From an uncultured Candidatus Rokubacteria bacterium (GTDB lineage: Bacteria > Methylomirabilota > Methylomirabilia > Rokubacteriales > CSP1-6), in assembly GCA_963758635.1 (NCBI GenBank), contig CAVWWD010000008.1, forward strand, positions 480,001 to 544,000: 64,000 nucleotides of DNA, in the 5' to 3' direction. Below are positions 50,978-62,013 of this stretch, piece by piece (positions within the stretch are counted from its first letter, which is position 1; the number at the start of each line of letters is the position of its first letter). The translations under genes and the position numbers were made by a program. Below the pieces are notes generated by a model that was not told the origin of the DNA, did not search any database, and was given only the letters and a program-made list of their open reading frames with translations.

Positions 50978-52609
50978 TCAGGCCTTCGGCGTCCAGCCCT
51001 TGAAGCGCTCGCGGAGCACCTTCTTGTCGAACTTGCCGACGCTCGTCTTGGGCACGGCGTCGATGAACACGACCTCGTCGGGCAGCCACCACTTGGCCAC
51101 GCGGGGGCGCAGGTACTCGAGAACCTCCTCGGCGTCGAGCTGGCCGGCGAACTCCGGCTTGGGCACCACGCAGGCGAGGGGACGCTCGACCCAGCGCTCG
51201 TGGGGCACGGCGATCACCGCGGCCTCCAGCACCTTCGGGTGGCCCATGATGGTGGTCTCCATGTCCACGCTGGAGATCCACTCGCCGCCGGACTTGATGA
51301 GGTCCTTGGTGCGGTCGGTGATCTGCACGTAGCCGTCGGGGTCGATGGTGGCGACGTCGCCGGTCCGGAACCAGCCGTCCTCGGTGAACTGCGCGGCGCC
51401 GGCGGGATTGTCGTAGTAGCTCGACGCCACCCACGGGCCGCGCACCTGGATCTCGCCCACGCTCTGGCCGTCCCACGGCTGCACCTGGCCGGCCTCGTCC
51501 ACGATCCGCATGTCCACGCCAGCCACCGGCGCCCCCTGCTTGGCGCGCACGGCGTAGCGCTCGTCGTCGGACGCGGCGTCCAGGTACGAGCGCGGGCGGC
51601 ACACCGTGCCGAGCGGGGTCATCTCGGTCATGCCCCACGCGTGGAGCATGTACGCCCCGTACTTCTTGTCGAACGTCTCGATGAGCGTGCGCGGAGCCGC
51701 CGAGCCGCCGATCGGGATGCAGCGGATCGACGAGATGTCCCACTGGGGCTCCTTCTCGAGGATCCCGTGGATCGCGATCCACACCGTGGGCACCGCGCCC
51801 ACGACGCTGACGCGCTCCCGGTGCACGATCTCGATGATGTCCCTCGGCTGCGGGTTCGGGCCGCCGAAGATCTGGGTGGCGCCGTTGAGCACGCCGGCGT
51901 AGGGCACGCACCACGCGTTGGCGTGGAACATGGGCACGATGTGGAGGATCACGTCGCGTTCGTTGATGCCGAGCACGTCCACGGTGGAGGACGCCAGGCA
52001 GTGGAGGAACACGCCGCGGTGCGTGTACACCACGCCCTTGGGATGGCCGGTGGTGCCGGACGTGTAGCACATGCCGGAGGCGTCGGTCTCCTCGAGCCGC
52101 GGCCACTCGGTCACCGGCGTGGCCGCGCCGACCAGCTCCTCGTAGTCGATGGTGCCCGGCGGCAGCGGGGCGTCCGGGGTGTCCCGCATCACGATGAAGT
52201 GCTTCACGGACCGGAGCTCGCGGCGGAAGGGCTCGATCAGGTGCCAGCAGCTCGCGTCCACGATGAGCGCGCGGTCCTCGGCATGGTTGACGATGTACGT
52301 GACGTCCTGCGGCGAGAGCCGGATGTTCACGGTGTGCAGGACCATGCCCATCAGAGGCGCGGCGAAGTACACCTCGAGGTGGCGGTGGGAGTTCCACGCG
52401 AAGGTCCCCACCCGGTCGCCCTTGGCGAGGCCGAGGCCGCGGAGCGCGCCGGCCAGCCGCCGCACGCGCTCGCAGTACTCCGCATAGGTGTACCGCCAGA
52501 GCGGCTGCCCCGGCACCCGCGTGGCGAGCGTCTTCTTGTGGAAGAGCTTCTCCGTGCGCTCGAAGACGTGGGTGAGGGTGAGCGGGTAGTCCATGATGAG
52601 ACCCTTCAT
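50978..52609 (-). CDS. Fatty-acid--CoA ligase (AlkK/LcfB-like)
   Basis: MKGLIMDYPL, YTSGTTGHPKG, PMFHANAW, WGMTE, KSGGEWISS. Confidence 0.92.
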   Translation of the reverse strand: MKGLIMDYPLTLTHVFERTEKLFHKKTLATRVPGQPLWRYTYAEYCERVRRLAGALRGLGLAKGDRVGTFAWNSHRHLEVYFAAPLMGMVLHTVNIRLSPQDVTYIVNHAEDRALIVDASCWHLIEPFRRELRSVKHFIVMRDTPDAPLPPGTIDYEELVGAATPVTEWPRLEETDASGMCYTSGTTGHPKGVVYTHRGVFLHCLASSTVDVLGINERDVILHIVPMFHANAWCVPYAGVLNGATQIFGGPNPQPRDIIEIVHRERVSVVGAVPTVWIAIHGILEKEPQWDISSIRCIPIGGSAAPRTLIETFDKKYGAYMLHAWGMTEMTPLGTVCRPRSYLDAASDDERYAVRAKQGAPVAGVDMRIVDEAGQVQPWDGQSVGEIQVRGPWVASSYYDNPAGAAQFTEDGWFRTGDVATIDPDGYVQITDRTKDLIKSGGEWISSVDMETTIMGHPKVLEAAVIAVPHERWVERPLACVVPKPEFAGQLDAEEVLEYLRPRVAKWWLPDEVVFIDAVPKTSVGKFDKKVLRERFKGWTPKA

Positions 52610-52613
52610 CGCG

Positions 52614-53453
52614 TCATCTCCCTCCGAGATCCTCCGAGGTGGCGCAGCGGAACCCGACGTGATGATGACCCCGGGCCGCTCCCCGGTGCTCGTAGAAGCG
52701 CCTGATCGTGACCCGCAGGTCGTCGGGCGGGTCGTCGTGGCTGGCCCCGCGGACCACGCGCGTGGCGCCTCGCTCGCCACCCTCCCGGCCGTCGCCGGCG
52801 CGGTAGGGGTAGGGGCGGAACAGGCTCGACGTCCACTCGCGCAGGTTGCCGATCATGTCCTGGACGCCATGCGGGCTCGCTCCCGTGGGCCGCCGGTCCC
52901 CCGGCTCCGTGGCATTGTACGCCCGGCCGTAGACGGCGCGGTCGGGCGTGGGCGGCGCGTCGCCCCAGGGGTAGCGGCGAAGGTCGTCGCCGCGCGCGGC
53001 CTTCTCCCATTCCGCCTCCGTGGGCAGGCGCATCCTCTTCCAGAGGCAGTAGTCGCGGGCGCCGAACCACGACACCTCGACGGCGGGATGATCCTCCCAG
53101 CCGGGGTCGGCCACGAACACGTCGCGCCCCGAGGCGTCGCGGACGCGGTGGATGCGCGCGTCCGCGTCGTCGGCGTCGTAGTAGTCCTCGCCCTCGGGGC
53201 TCTTCAGGCCCCCGGCGTTCAGGAACACCGCGACCTCGCGGTTCGTGACCTTGTGCCGGTGGATGTAGAACTGCTCCAGGTAGAGGCCGTGCAGCGGCGC
53301 CTCGGCGGGACCGTCGCGGTCGCTGCCCATGCGAAACGCGCCGCGGTCGACCAGCATGACGCCGTCGGCGGCGGCGGTGGTCGGCGCGAGCGCGCCGACG
53401 AGCAGCCCGAGCGCCGCGCGCCGGCGGGCTCGTCCGGGGAGCGGTGGCGTCAC
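52614..53453 (-). CDS. Formylglycine-generating enzyme (SUMF1/FGE-sulfatase) domain protein
   Basis: FRMGS, HPAVEVSW, RLPTEAEWEKAARG, DMIGNLREW, GFRC. Confidence 0.9.
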   Translation of the reverse strand: MTPPLPGRARRRAALGLLVGALAPTTAAADGVMLVDRGAFRMGSDRDGPAEAPLHGLYLEQFYIHRHKVTNREVAVFLNAGGLKSPEGEDYYDADDADARIHRVRDASGRDVFVADPGWEDHPAVEVSWFGARDYCLWKRMRLPTEAEWEKAARGDDLRRYPWGDAPPTPDRAVYGRAYNATEPGDRRPTGASPHGVQDMIGNLREWTSSLFRPYPYRAGDGREGGERGATRVVRGASHDDPPDDLRVTIRRFYEHRGAARGHHHVGFRCATSEDLGGR

Positions 53454-54770
53454 GGCACGCTCGGCAGCGGGACGATCCACCCGGCCTCGAGCAGGTACGT
53501 GTAGAGGTGGCCGAACGCTCCCGGGAAGCGAATGCCGTCGGCGGTGACCGGCCGCGCCGGATCGAAGGCCACGGTGTCCGGCCCAAGGCCGGCCTGGGCC
53601 AGGCGCTCGCGGAACGTGGCGGCGGCCATCGGGTACACGGACACGCGCACGTTCTGCGCGAAGAGCTTGCCGACGGCCTGGAACGCGCCGCCGATCTCCG
53701 TCTCGCCCGCGCTCGCGATCATCACCTCGACCAGGGTCGATGCGCCCAGCGCGAGGCGGATGGGCTCCCGCGTGTACCGCCGGAGGTGGTCGGTCAGCTC
53801 CCATGCGTGCGGGTAGCGGGTGATCGCCACGGGGAAGCCCAGGCCGTTCAGGCGGGCGATGCGCCGCAGCAGCTCGTCGTCCTCCGGCAGCGACGTGTCA
53901 CTGGGCGGGCGCATGGTCATCTCGAAGAGACAGAGGGGCTCCTGGGCGTCGGCCGGCAGCTCCGCCCGGAGCCGCTGCCCCGCGCCGGTGAGGAGCGGCC
54001 CGTGCACGGGCTTCTCCGAGCGGAAGCGGCCGCGCTCGAGCACGACGGGTCGACGGCGCAGGATCTCGGTCGGCGCGGCGAGGGCGCCGTCGGGCTGGAA
54101 CACCACGGCGCCGGCCAGGTCCTGGCGCACGAGACGGAGCCCTACCGCGCGCGCGTCGAAGCCCACGAACGCCGGGCCGCTCACCTCGGCCACGTCCACC
54201 TCGACGCGATCCAGCGAGAGCCCGTCGAACAGCGACGCCAGGAACTCGGCCGGCGTGGCGCGGTCGCTGATGGGCGGCGTGCAGCAGGTTGACGCCCAGC
54301 ACGCCGAGCGCCTGCTGCTGGAGGATCTGGCTCGGCTCGAGCATGTTGACGTGGAGCAGCGCGTCGCTCGGCGCCGCGCCCGGCCGGTCCTGGAAGCGCA
54401 GGCCCATCCACCCGTGGCACTCGTTCGTGCCCGCGTAGTTGCGCGCCGACACGGTGTCGGCGAACGCGAAGAGGCGCGTGTCCGTCCCCCGCGTCTCGCC
54501 CAGCGTGCCGACGAGCAGCGAATGCTCGCGGTCGAGCATGGCGATCAGGCGGTCGCGCGAGACGTACCGGCGGGTCTTCCCGTAGATCGCGTCGCTCATC
54601 GCCATGTCGTAGGCGGAGATCGTCCGGGCGACCGTCCCGGCCGCGCCGCCGACGAGGAAGAACCAGCGCGCGACCTCCTGGCCGGCGCCGATCTCGGCGA
54701 AGGAGCCGTAGAGCGAGCGGTCGAGGTTGATCGCGAGGGCCCGCTGATGCGTGTCCGCGTGGTCGGCCAG
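53450..54770 (-). CDS. Conserved uncharacterised protein (frameshift near 54270)
   Basis: ALAINLD..YGSFAEIGAGQEVARWFF.VGGAAGTVA..SAYDM..SDAIYG; QQQALGVLGVNL; VLERGRFR. Confidence 0.75.
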
Positions 54771-54869
54771 GGTCGTGCCTCCTCGGATGAGCGCCGGCTG
54801 CGCCGCGGGCGCGGGAGCGCGAGCCTCCGCGCCGCCGCGGCGAGGACATTTTACGCTGCGCTCGTCGTG

Positions 54870-54983
54870 CTCCCTCTCCCTTTCAGGGTGAGGGTCGGTG
54901 GCATCACCTCGCGGCGAGACGTTCCATGAGGTTGTTCGACCGCCCCTCACCCTGCCCTCTCCCCAGGGGGAGAGGGAGTGACG
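54870..54983. repeat. REP-like doublet
   Basis: Close match to 42306-42433, including GGGTGAGGGTCGGTGG...ACCTCGCGG...GACGTTCCA...CGACCGCCCCTCACCCTGCCCTCTCCCC. Confidence 0.8.
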
Positions 54984-55042
54984 AGCGTTGGCTCTGCGTT
55001 GCCTTTACGTCCGGGCGGCCATCGGGTAAGGTGAGGCCCGGC

Positions 55043-57104
55043 ATGAACTCCCGGTGGGACGACGCGACGGCGGCGAAGCTCGACGGACTCGATCTCCTCG
55101 TCTACGCCTCCCGCCTCGTCGGGGCCGAGACCTCGCTGGTGGTGTGGGGCGGGGGCAACACGTCGATCAAGGTCGTGGAGCGCGACCACCGCGGGCGCGA
55201 GACGCGCGTGCTCCGGGTGAAGGGCAGCGGCTCCGACCTCAAGAGCATCCAGAAGAAGGACTTCCCCGGCGTCCGCATGGACGACGTGCTCGCGCTGCTG
55301 GATCGCGCCGACATGGGCGACCAGGAGATGGTCGACTACCTCCGCTTCGCGCTGCAGGATCCGGGCGGCTCGCGCCCGTCGATCGAGACGCTGCTGCACG
55401 GCTTCCTCCCCGCCGAGGCCGTCATCCACACCCACGCCGACGCCGTCGTCTCCCTCACCAACAACGACCGTGCCGCCGACGTGCTGCGCGAGGTGTACGG
55501 CGACGAGGTCGCCGCGCTTCCATACCGCCGCCCGGGGTTCAAGATCTCCCGGGAGGTGGCGGACCTGCTCCGCGCGCGGCCGAACCTGCGCGCGATCCTC
55601 CTGGAGAAGCACGGCACGATCTGCTGGGGCGCCGGTGTGAAGGCCGCGTACCTGGCGACCATCGAGCTGATCAGCCGTGCCGAGGAGGCCATCGCCTACC
55701 GGCAGCGCGGCCGCGTCCGCTTCGGCGGCGTGCAGGTGGAGGCGCCCGTCGCCGGCCGAGCGGCGTCGCGTGGCCCTGGCGGTGGCGCCGCATCTGCGCG
55801 GGCTCGTCGGCCGCGATCGCCGCGCGATCGTCACCTTCGACGACGCGCCCGACGTGCTCGAGTTCGCCGCCTCCGCCGAGGCCGCGGCCCTCTGCACGGT
55901 GGGGCCGGCCACGCCGGATCACACCATCTACACGAAGCGGCTGCCGTGCTTCGTGCCCGTGGATCGGCCGGCCGACGCCGAGGCGGTGAAGACGGCGCTG
56001 GATGGCGCGGTGGCGCGGTTCGTCGGCGACTACACCGCGTACTTCGAGGGCCATAACCGCGAGGGGGCGACGCTCACCGATCCGTTCCCGCGGGTGATCG
56101 TGGTGGGCGGGCTCGGCATGTTCACCACGGGCAAGGATCGCCGCACCGCGGTGATCGTCAGCGACATCTATCACCACACCATCTCCGTGCTCGGCGCCGC
56201 CACCGCGTTCGGCCGCTACGTGTCGCTGTCCGCGCGCGACGCCTTCGACGTGGAGTACTGGCCGCTCGAGCTCTACAAGCTCGCGCAGGCGCCGCCCGAG
56301 AAGGAGCTGTCGCGGCGCGTGGCGCTGGTCACGGGCGGGGCCGGGGGCATCGGCCGGGCGGTGGCGGCCCGCCTCGTCGCCGAGGGCGCGCACGTGGTCG
56401 TGGCCGACCTGGACGCGGCGGGGGCGCGGAAGGCGGCGGACGAGATTGCCGCCGCGGCCGGTGGCGGCCGGGCGCTCGGCCTCGGCATGGACGTGACCAG
56501 CGAGGCCTCGGTGCGGGCGGCCTTCGAGGAGTGCGTGCTCGCCTACGGCGGCCTCGACATCGTGGTGTCCAACGCCGGCATCGCCCACGGAGCGCCGGTG
56601 GACCGGATGGAGCTGGCGGACTGGGAGCGGTCGTTCGCGGTCAACGCGACCGGCCACTTCCTCGTGGCGCGCGAGGGCATGCGCATCCTGCGTGCTCAGG
56701 GGCTCGGTGGGAGCTTCGTCTTCGTGGCCACGAAGAACGTGATGTCGCCCGGCAAGGACTTCTCCGCCTACTCGGCGTCCAAGGCGGCGGAGGCGCAGCT
56801 CGCCAAGGTCCTGGCCCTCGAGGGCGGGCCCGACGGGATTCGCTCGAACATCGTGAACCCCGATGCCGTGTTCCGCGACTCCGGCCTGTGGACGGACGAC
56901 GTGCGGCGCGAGCGCGCGCGCGCCCAGGGCATCGCCGTGGACACGCTCGAGGACTTCTACCGCAAGCGCAACATCCTGGCGCGCGCCATCCTGCCCGAGG
57001 ACGTGGCGGAGGCCGTGCTGTTCCTCGCCTCCGACCGCTCGGCCAAGACGACCGGCTGCACGCTCACCGTGGACGGCGGCGTCAAGGACGCCTTCCCGCG
57101 CTGA
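55043..57104 (+). CDS. Bifunctional rhamnulose-1-phosphate aldolase/short-chain dehydrogenase (frameshift near 55750)
   Basis: GGGNTSIK, VKGSGSDL, PSIETLLH, HTHAD, TPDH, EYWPLE; SDR TGGAGGIG and YSASK. Confidence 0.9.
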
Positions 57105-57225
57105 CGGAGACCAGTCATGGACGGGCTCGGCGGACCGCCACGCTGTTCAGGGTCCGCCTCCGTTCACGAATGATGCGGACCGGCCGTACGATGCCGGGCC
57201 GCTGGCCCGCGGATCCGGATGATCC

Positions 57226-58032
57226 ATGCCGACCTTCGCTGTCGACGACCGTCGCCTGAGCTACGAGGACACCGGGGCCGGACCGGTGGCGCTGCTCGTC
57301 CACGGCTCCCCGGGAAACGCGCGCGCGTGGGCCCGCGTGGGTGAGCGCCTGGCCGGGCGCTTCCGCGTGATCGCCCCCGACCTTCCTGGCTACGGCGAGA
57401 CCACGCCCCAGCCGGAGGCTGAAGAGCCGGACGTGACCGTCGGGTGCGAGCTGATCGAGGCGCTCGTCCGGAGCGTGGGGCCGCCCGCGGTCCTCGCCGG
57501 GCACTCCTACGGCGGCGTCGTCGCGCTGGCCGTCGGCCTGCGAGGCCGTGTGTCGGTGGGGGCGCTGGCGCTCTTCGAGCCGGTCGCGGTCCCGGCGCTG
57601 GCGATGGCCGGCGAGCCGGACGCGTATGCCGCGGCGAAGACCGTGTTCGACGACTACATCGCCCGGGCCGGGGCCGGCGATCACGGAGCGGTCCGCACGA
57701 TGGTCGATTTCTGGTTCGGCGCCGGCGCCTTCGCCCGGATGCCCGAGCCCCTCACGGCCTACATGATGAAGGAGACCGCGTCGAACGTGCGGGACGTGAC
57801 GGCCACGTTCCGGCAGCGCTATTCGGCGGCGGCGCTCGGCACGCTGCGCATGCCGGTGACGGTGGTGGTGGGCGCCCGGAGCCCCGAGGTCACGCGCCGC
57901 ATCGCGCAGGCGATTGCCCGGCACGTGCCGCACGGCTCCGTCCAGACGCTCGAGGGGGCGAACCACGCGCTCACCACGACGCACGCCGACGCCGTCGCCG
58001 AGGCGATCGCGGGCGCCGCCGCCCGCGGCTGA
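57226..58032 (+). CDS. Alpha/beta hydrolase
   Basis: LVHGSPG, PDLPGYG, GHSYGG, GANH. Confidence 0.9.
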   Translation: MPTFAVDDRRLSYEDTGAGPVALLVHGSPGNARAWARVGERLAGRFRVIAPDLPGYGETTPQPEAEEPDVTVGCELIEALVRSVGPPAVLAGHSYGGVVALAVGLRGRVSVGALALFEPVAVPALAMAGEPDAYAAAKTVFDDYIARAGAGDHGAVRTMVDFWFGAGAFARMPEPLTAYMMKETASNVRDVTATFRQRYSAAALGTLRMPVTVVVGARSPEVTRRIAQAIARHVPHGSVQTLEGANHALTTTHADAVAEAIAGAAARG

Positions 58033-58067
58033 GGCTCGACGGTGCCCCCGAAGGCTTTGCGAGCCGA

Positions 58068-58108
58068 GCCGAAGGCGAGGCGAGCGTATATGGAAATGAA
58101 GTGGAAAC
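58068..58108 (+). repeat. Dispersed intergenic repeat, also at 478-518
   Basis: GCCGAAGGCGAGGCGAGCGTATATGGAAATGAAGTGGAAAC vs GCCGAAGGCGAGCGGAGCGCACATGGAAATGCAGTGGAAAC. Confidence 0.75.
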
Positions 58109-58112
58109 GTCC

Positions 58113-58829
58113 ATGAGGGGGCAGACCCCGAAGGTGGCGCAGTGCCGCGCCGAGGTGACCGCGACGCGCGCCCTCACGTCCGAGGTGATCGAGGTGGACC
58201 TGCGCGTCACCGAGCCCGCGGGCTTCCGCTTCGCCGCCGGGCAGTGGGTCTCCGTTCCCTTCGGACCCAAGGTGGTGCGCGCCTGGAGCATGGCCTCGTC
58301 GCCGGCCCGCCGCGACCGCCTCACCCTGTCCGTGGACGTGGCGCCCGGCGGGATCGGCTCGCAGTGGGTCCGGGCGCTCCAGGTGGGCGACGCCGTCACG
58401 TTCAAGGGGCCCACGGGCGGCTTCGTCTTCGACCGGGCCGATGCCCGGCGCGCGCTCTTCGTGGCCGAGGAGATCGGCATCGTCCCGATCCGCTCGATCC
58501 TGCTCGACCTGTACGAGACCGGCTACGGCCGCCCCACCGGGCTCGTGTTCTGGGCGCGTGACACCGGCTGGCTCGTCTACGACGCCGACTTCCGCTCGCT
58601 CGCGCGACGCTACCCGTCGTTCACGTACTTTCCCGCGGCGCGCGAGGCGCCGGCGGGCTGGCGGGGCGATCGCGGCGAGGCGCACGAGGTCGTGGACCGG
58701 CTCGTCCACAGCGTCGATCGCCTGCAGGTGTACGTGTGCGGCGGCGGGCCGACCATCAACCGCGTGCGCGACACGCTCGTGCGGAAGGGGATGGACCGCA
58801 AGAGCGTGAAGTGGGAGAAGTTCTGGTAG
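58113..58829 (+). CDS. FNR-family FAD/NAD(P)-binding oxidoreductase
   Basis: FAAGQWV, RAWSMAS, GGIGS, GPTGGF, IGIVPIRS, YVCG, WEKFW. Confidence 0.85.
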   Translation: MRGQTPKVAQCRAEVTATRALTSEVIEVDLRVTEPAGFRFAAGQWVSVPFGPKVVRAWSMASSPARRDRLTLSVDVAPGGIGSQWVRALQVGDAVTFKGPTGGFVFDRADARRALFVAEEIGIVPIRSILLDLYETGYGRPTGLVFWARDTGWLVYDADFRSLARRYPSFTYFPAAREAPAGWRGDRGEAHEVVDRLVHSVDRLQVYVCGGGPTINRVRDTLVRKGMDRKSVKWEKFW

Positions 58830-58840
58830 GGCACGAGTGC

Positions 58841-59262
58841 ATGAAGGCGACGGTTTTCCACGTACAGGTGAACGTGCGGGATCCCGCGGTGTCGCTGCCG
58901 TTCTACCGGGACCTGCTTCGGCACTGGAGTTTCTACCGGTGTACGACGAGGGCGGCGTGGCCGGCTTCTCCGACGGGCGCACAGCCGTCTGGGTGATGGG
59001 GACCCCGGCACCCCACGCCGCCGCGGGCTTCCACCGGAAGCGTCCCGGCCTGAATCACGTCGCCTTCCGCGTGGCCAGGCGCGAGGAGGTCGACGCCTTC
59101 CACGCCGGCTTCCTTCGCCCGCGTGGGCTGCCAACCCTCTACGAGACGCCCCGGCCGTTCCCCGAGTACACGCCCGGTTACTACGCCGTCTTCTTCGAGG
59201 ACCCCGACCGGCTCAAGCTCGAGGTAGCCCACGTCCCCGAGCTGCCCTGGAGCATGTCCTGA
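58841..59262 (+). CDS. VOC/glyoxalase family protein (frameshift near 58930)
   Basis: FHVQVNVRD; GLNHVAFRV; YYAVFFEDPDRLKLE. Confidence 0.85.
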
Positions 59263-60913
59263 TGGCTGATCTGAACGGCGGGCACTTGGTGGCGCGCACC
59301 CTCAAGCAGGCCGGCGTGGGGCACGTGTTCACCCTCTGCGGCGGCCACATCCTGCCCATCTACGACGGGTGCATCACCGAGGACGTGCAGGTCGTGGACA
59401 TGCGCCACGAGCAGGCGTGCGCGCACGCGGCAGACGCGTACGCGCGCCTCACCCGCAACATCGGCGTGGCGGTGGTGACGGCGGGGCCGGGCGTGACCGA
59501 CGCGGTGACCGGCGTCGCCAACGCGCACTCGGCGCGGAGCCCGTTGCTCCTCATCGGTGGGGCCGCCCCGCTCGGGCTGCGGGGGCTGGGCGCGCTCCAG
59601 GAGACGGAGCAGGTCGGGCTGCTGCGGCCCATCACGAAGGGCGCGTGGACGGTGGCCGAGACGCGCCAGATCCCCGAGGTGCTCACCACGGCCATCCGCA
59701 CCGCGCTCACCGGGCGGCCGGGCCGGTGTTCGTCGAGATCCCCGTGGACCTGCTGATGACCGTGGTGGAGGACCGGTTCGCCCCGATCCCCACCGACTAC
59801 GTCCACCGCGCGCCGCAGGCGGCGGACACGCGCTCCGTGGACCGGCTCGTGGAGCTGCTCGCGTCCGCCGAGCGGCCGGTGGTCATGGCGGGCGCCGGCG
59901 TCTACTGGGACGACGCGGCCGCGGAGCTGGCCGCCTTCGCCGAGCGCTCGGGCGTGCCCGTGTTCATGAACGGAGCGGGCCGCGGTTGCCTGCCGAGCGC
60001 GCATCCGCTCGCGTTCGCCCAGGCGCGCGGCTTCGCCCTGGGGCAGGCGGACGTGGTCCTCGTGCTCGGCGCGCCGCTCGACTTCCGCCTGGGCTACGGG
60101 CGTCCGCCCTCGTTCGCGGACAACGCGCGCGTGGCCATGATCGACGCGGATCCCAGCGAGCTCGGGCGGAACCGTCCGCTGGCGCTGGGCCTCTCCGCCC
60201 ACATCGGCCTCGTCCTGCGCCAGGCCACCGGCGCGCTGCCCGCCGGGCTGGCCGGCCGCTTCGAGAAGTGGCGCGCCGCGCTTTCCGCGCGCGAGCAGGA
60301 GGGGCAGGCGCGGCTCATGAGCGAGCGGCGCTCGGACAGCGTGCCGATCAGCCATTACCGTCTCGCCCACGAGATCGCCGCCGTGGTGGACGCCGACACC
60401 ACCGTGGTGGGCGACGGTGGCGACGTGGTCGGCTGCGCGTCGCGCATCGTGCCGCTGTCCCGGCCCGGGCAGTGGCTCGATCCCGGGCCGTTCGGGTGCC
60501 TCGGGGTGGGGCCGTCCTTCGCCATCGCCGCGAAGCTGCTGGCGCCGGACCGCCGCGTGCTGCTCATCGCGGGCGACGGCGCGTTCGGCCTGAACGGCAT
60601 GGAGCTGGAGACGGCGGTCCGCTTCGGCCTGCCGATGACGGTGGTGGTCGGCAACGACGGCGGCTGGGGGCAGATCCGCAATCCCCAGCTCTCGTTCTTC
60701 GGCGCGGAGCGCGCCGTGGCCACGTCGCTGCCGTTCACGCGCTACGACCGGATGGCCGAGGCGCTGGGCGGCGTGGGCTTCCACGTGACCGAGCCGTCGG
60801 CGCTGCGACCGGCGCTCGAGGCGGCCATCGGCTCGGGCCGGGTCGCCTGCGTCAACGTCGAGCTGGATCCGTCCGCGTACCGGCGGACGGGCCAGGTGTC
60901 CATGGCGATCTGA
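59262..60913 (+). CDS. Thiamine pyrophosphate enzyme, acetolactate synthase-like (frameshift near 59722)
   Basis: FTLCGGH, RHEQ, TAGPG; GDGAFG...VVGNDGGWG TPP motif. Confidence 0.9.
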
Positions 60914-60949
60914 CCCGCGCCTCGCCGGGCCTCCGCCTCACCCTCCACG

Positions 60950-61993
60950 ATGCGCGTCACGTTCCTCGCCCCGCACGTCCGGATCGCGGGCGGGGTGCGC
61001 GCCATCCTGACCTACGCCGACCGGCTCGCCGGCCGCGGCCACGCCGTGACGGTGGCGGTGCCGGCGCCGGGCCTCGGCCGCGCGTGGTGGCGCAACCGCC
61101 GGCCCGAGGCGCCCGCGTGGATGCCCGGCCTGCGCGCGCGCATCGTGTGGGTTCCCGGCTGGCAGGCGCGCCATCTGCCCGACGCGGACGCGCTGGTGGC
61201 CACGGCGTGGCAGTCCGCGCCGTTCGTGGCGGCGGCGCCCGCGCGCTGCGGGCGCAAGGCCTACCTGATCCAGCACTACGAGAGCCTCTATCACGGCGAG
61301 GCGGCGCGCGTGGACGCGACGTACCGGCTGCCGCTCGCGAAGATCGTCATCTCGACCTGGCTCGCCGACGTCATGCGGGAGCGCTTCGCGAGCGCCTCCG
61401 AGCTGCTCGTGACCCCGGTGGATCCCGCGCTGTTCCACCCCGTGGAGACCGGGCCCGACGACGGAACGGTGCGCGTGCTCATGCTCCACCACGACTACGC
61501 GTGGAAAGGCGTGGCCGACGGGCTGGAGGCGGTGGCGCGGGTCCGGGCCCGGCATCCCGAGCTGCGACTCGTGGGGTTCGGCGTGAAGCCGCCGCGCGAC
61601 GCGGCGCCCTACGACGAGTTCTTCGAGAACCTGCCCCAGGAGCGTCTGGCCTGGCTCTACAGCCGCTGCCCGATCTACCTCTGCCCGTCGTGGGACGAGG
61701 GACTCGGCATGCCGTCGATGGAGGCCATGGCGTGCGGCGCCGCGCTCTGCACCTACGACAACGGCGGCTGCCGCGACTACGCGCTGGACGGGGAGACGGC
61801 GCTGGTGGCCTCGCGGCGCGACGTGGACGGGCTGGCGGTCGCGCTCGGGCGGCTCCTCGAGGACGCGGGACTGCGCGCGCCGGATCGCCCGGGCGGGGCA
61901 GGAGCTCGTCCGCACCCGCTTCGACTGGGACCGGCGCCGCCGCGGAGCTCGAGGCCATCCTGTCGCAGCGGGCGGGTCGAGGGCGGGACCTGA
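60950..61993 (+). CDS. GT4 family glycosyltransferase
   Basis: AGGVRAI, KGVADG, PSWDEGLGMPSMEAMACG. Confidence 0.9.
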   Translation: MRVTFLAPHVRIAGGVRAILTYADRLAGRGHAVTVAVPAPGLGRAWWRNRRPEAPAWMPGLRARIVWVPGWQARHLPDADALVATAWQSAPFVAAAPARCGRKAYLIQHYESLYHGEAARVDATYRLPLAKIVISTWLADVMRERFASASELLVTPVDPALFHPVETGPDDGTVRVLMLHHDYAWKGVADGLEAVARVRARHPELRLVGFGVKPPRDAAPYDEFFENLPQERLAWLYSRCPIYLCPSWDEGLGMPSMEAMACGAALCTYDNGGCRDYALDGETALVASRRDVDGLAVALGRLLEDAGLRAPDRPGGAGARPHPLRLGPAPPRSSRPSCRSGRVEGGT

Positions 61994-62013
61994 CCGCGCC
62001 CGCGAGGATCAGA

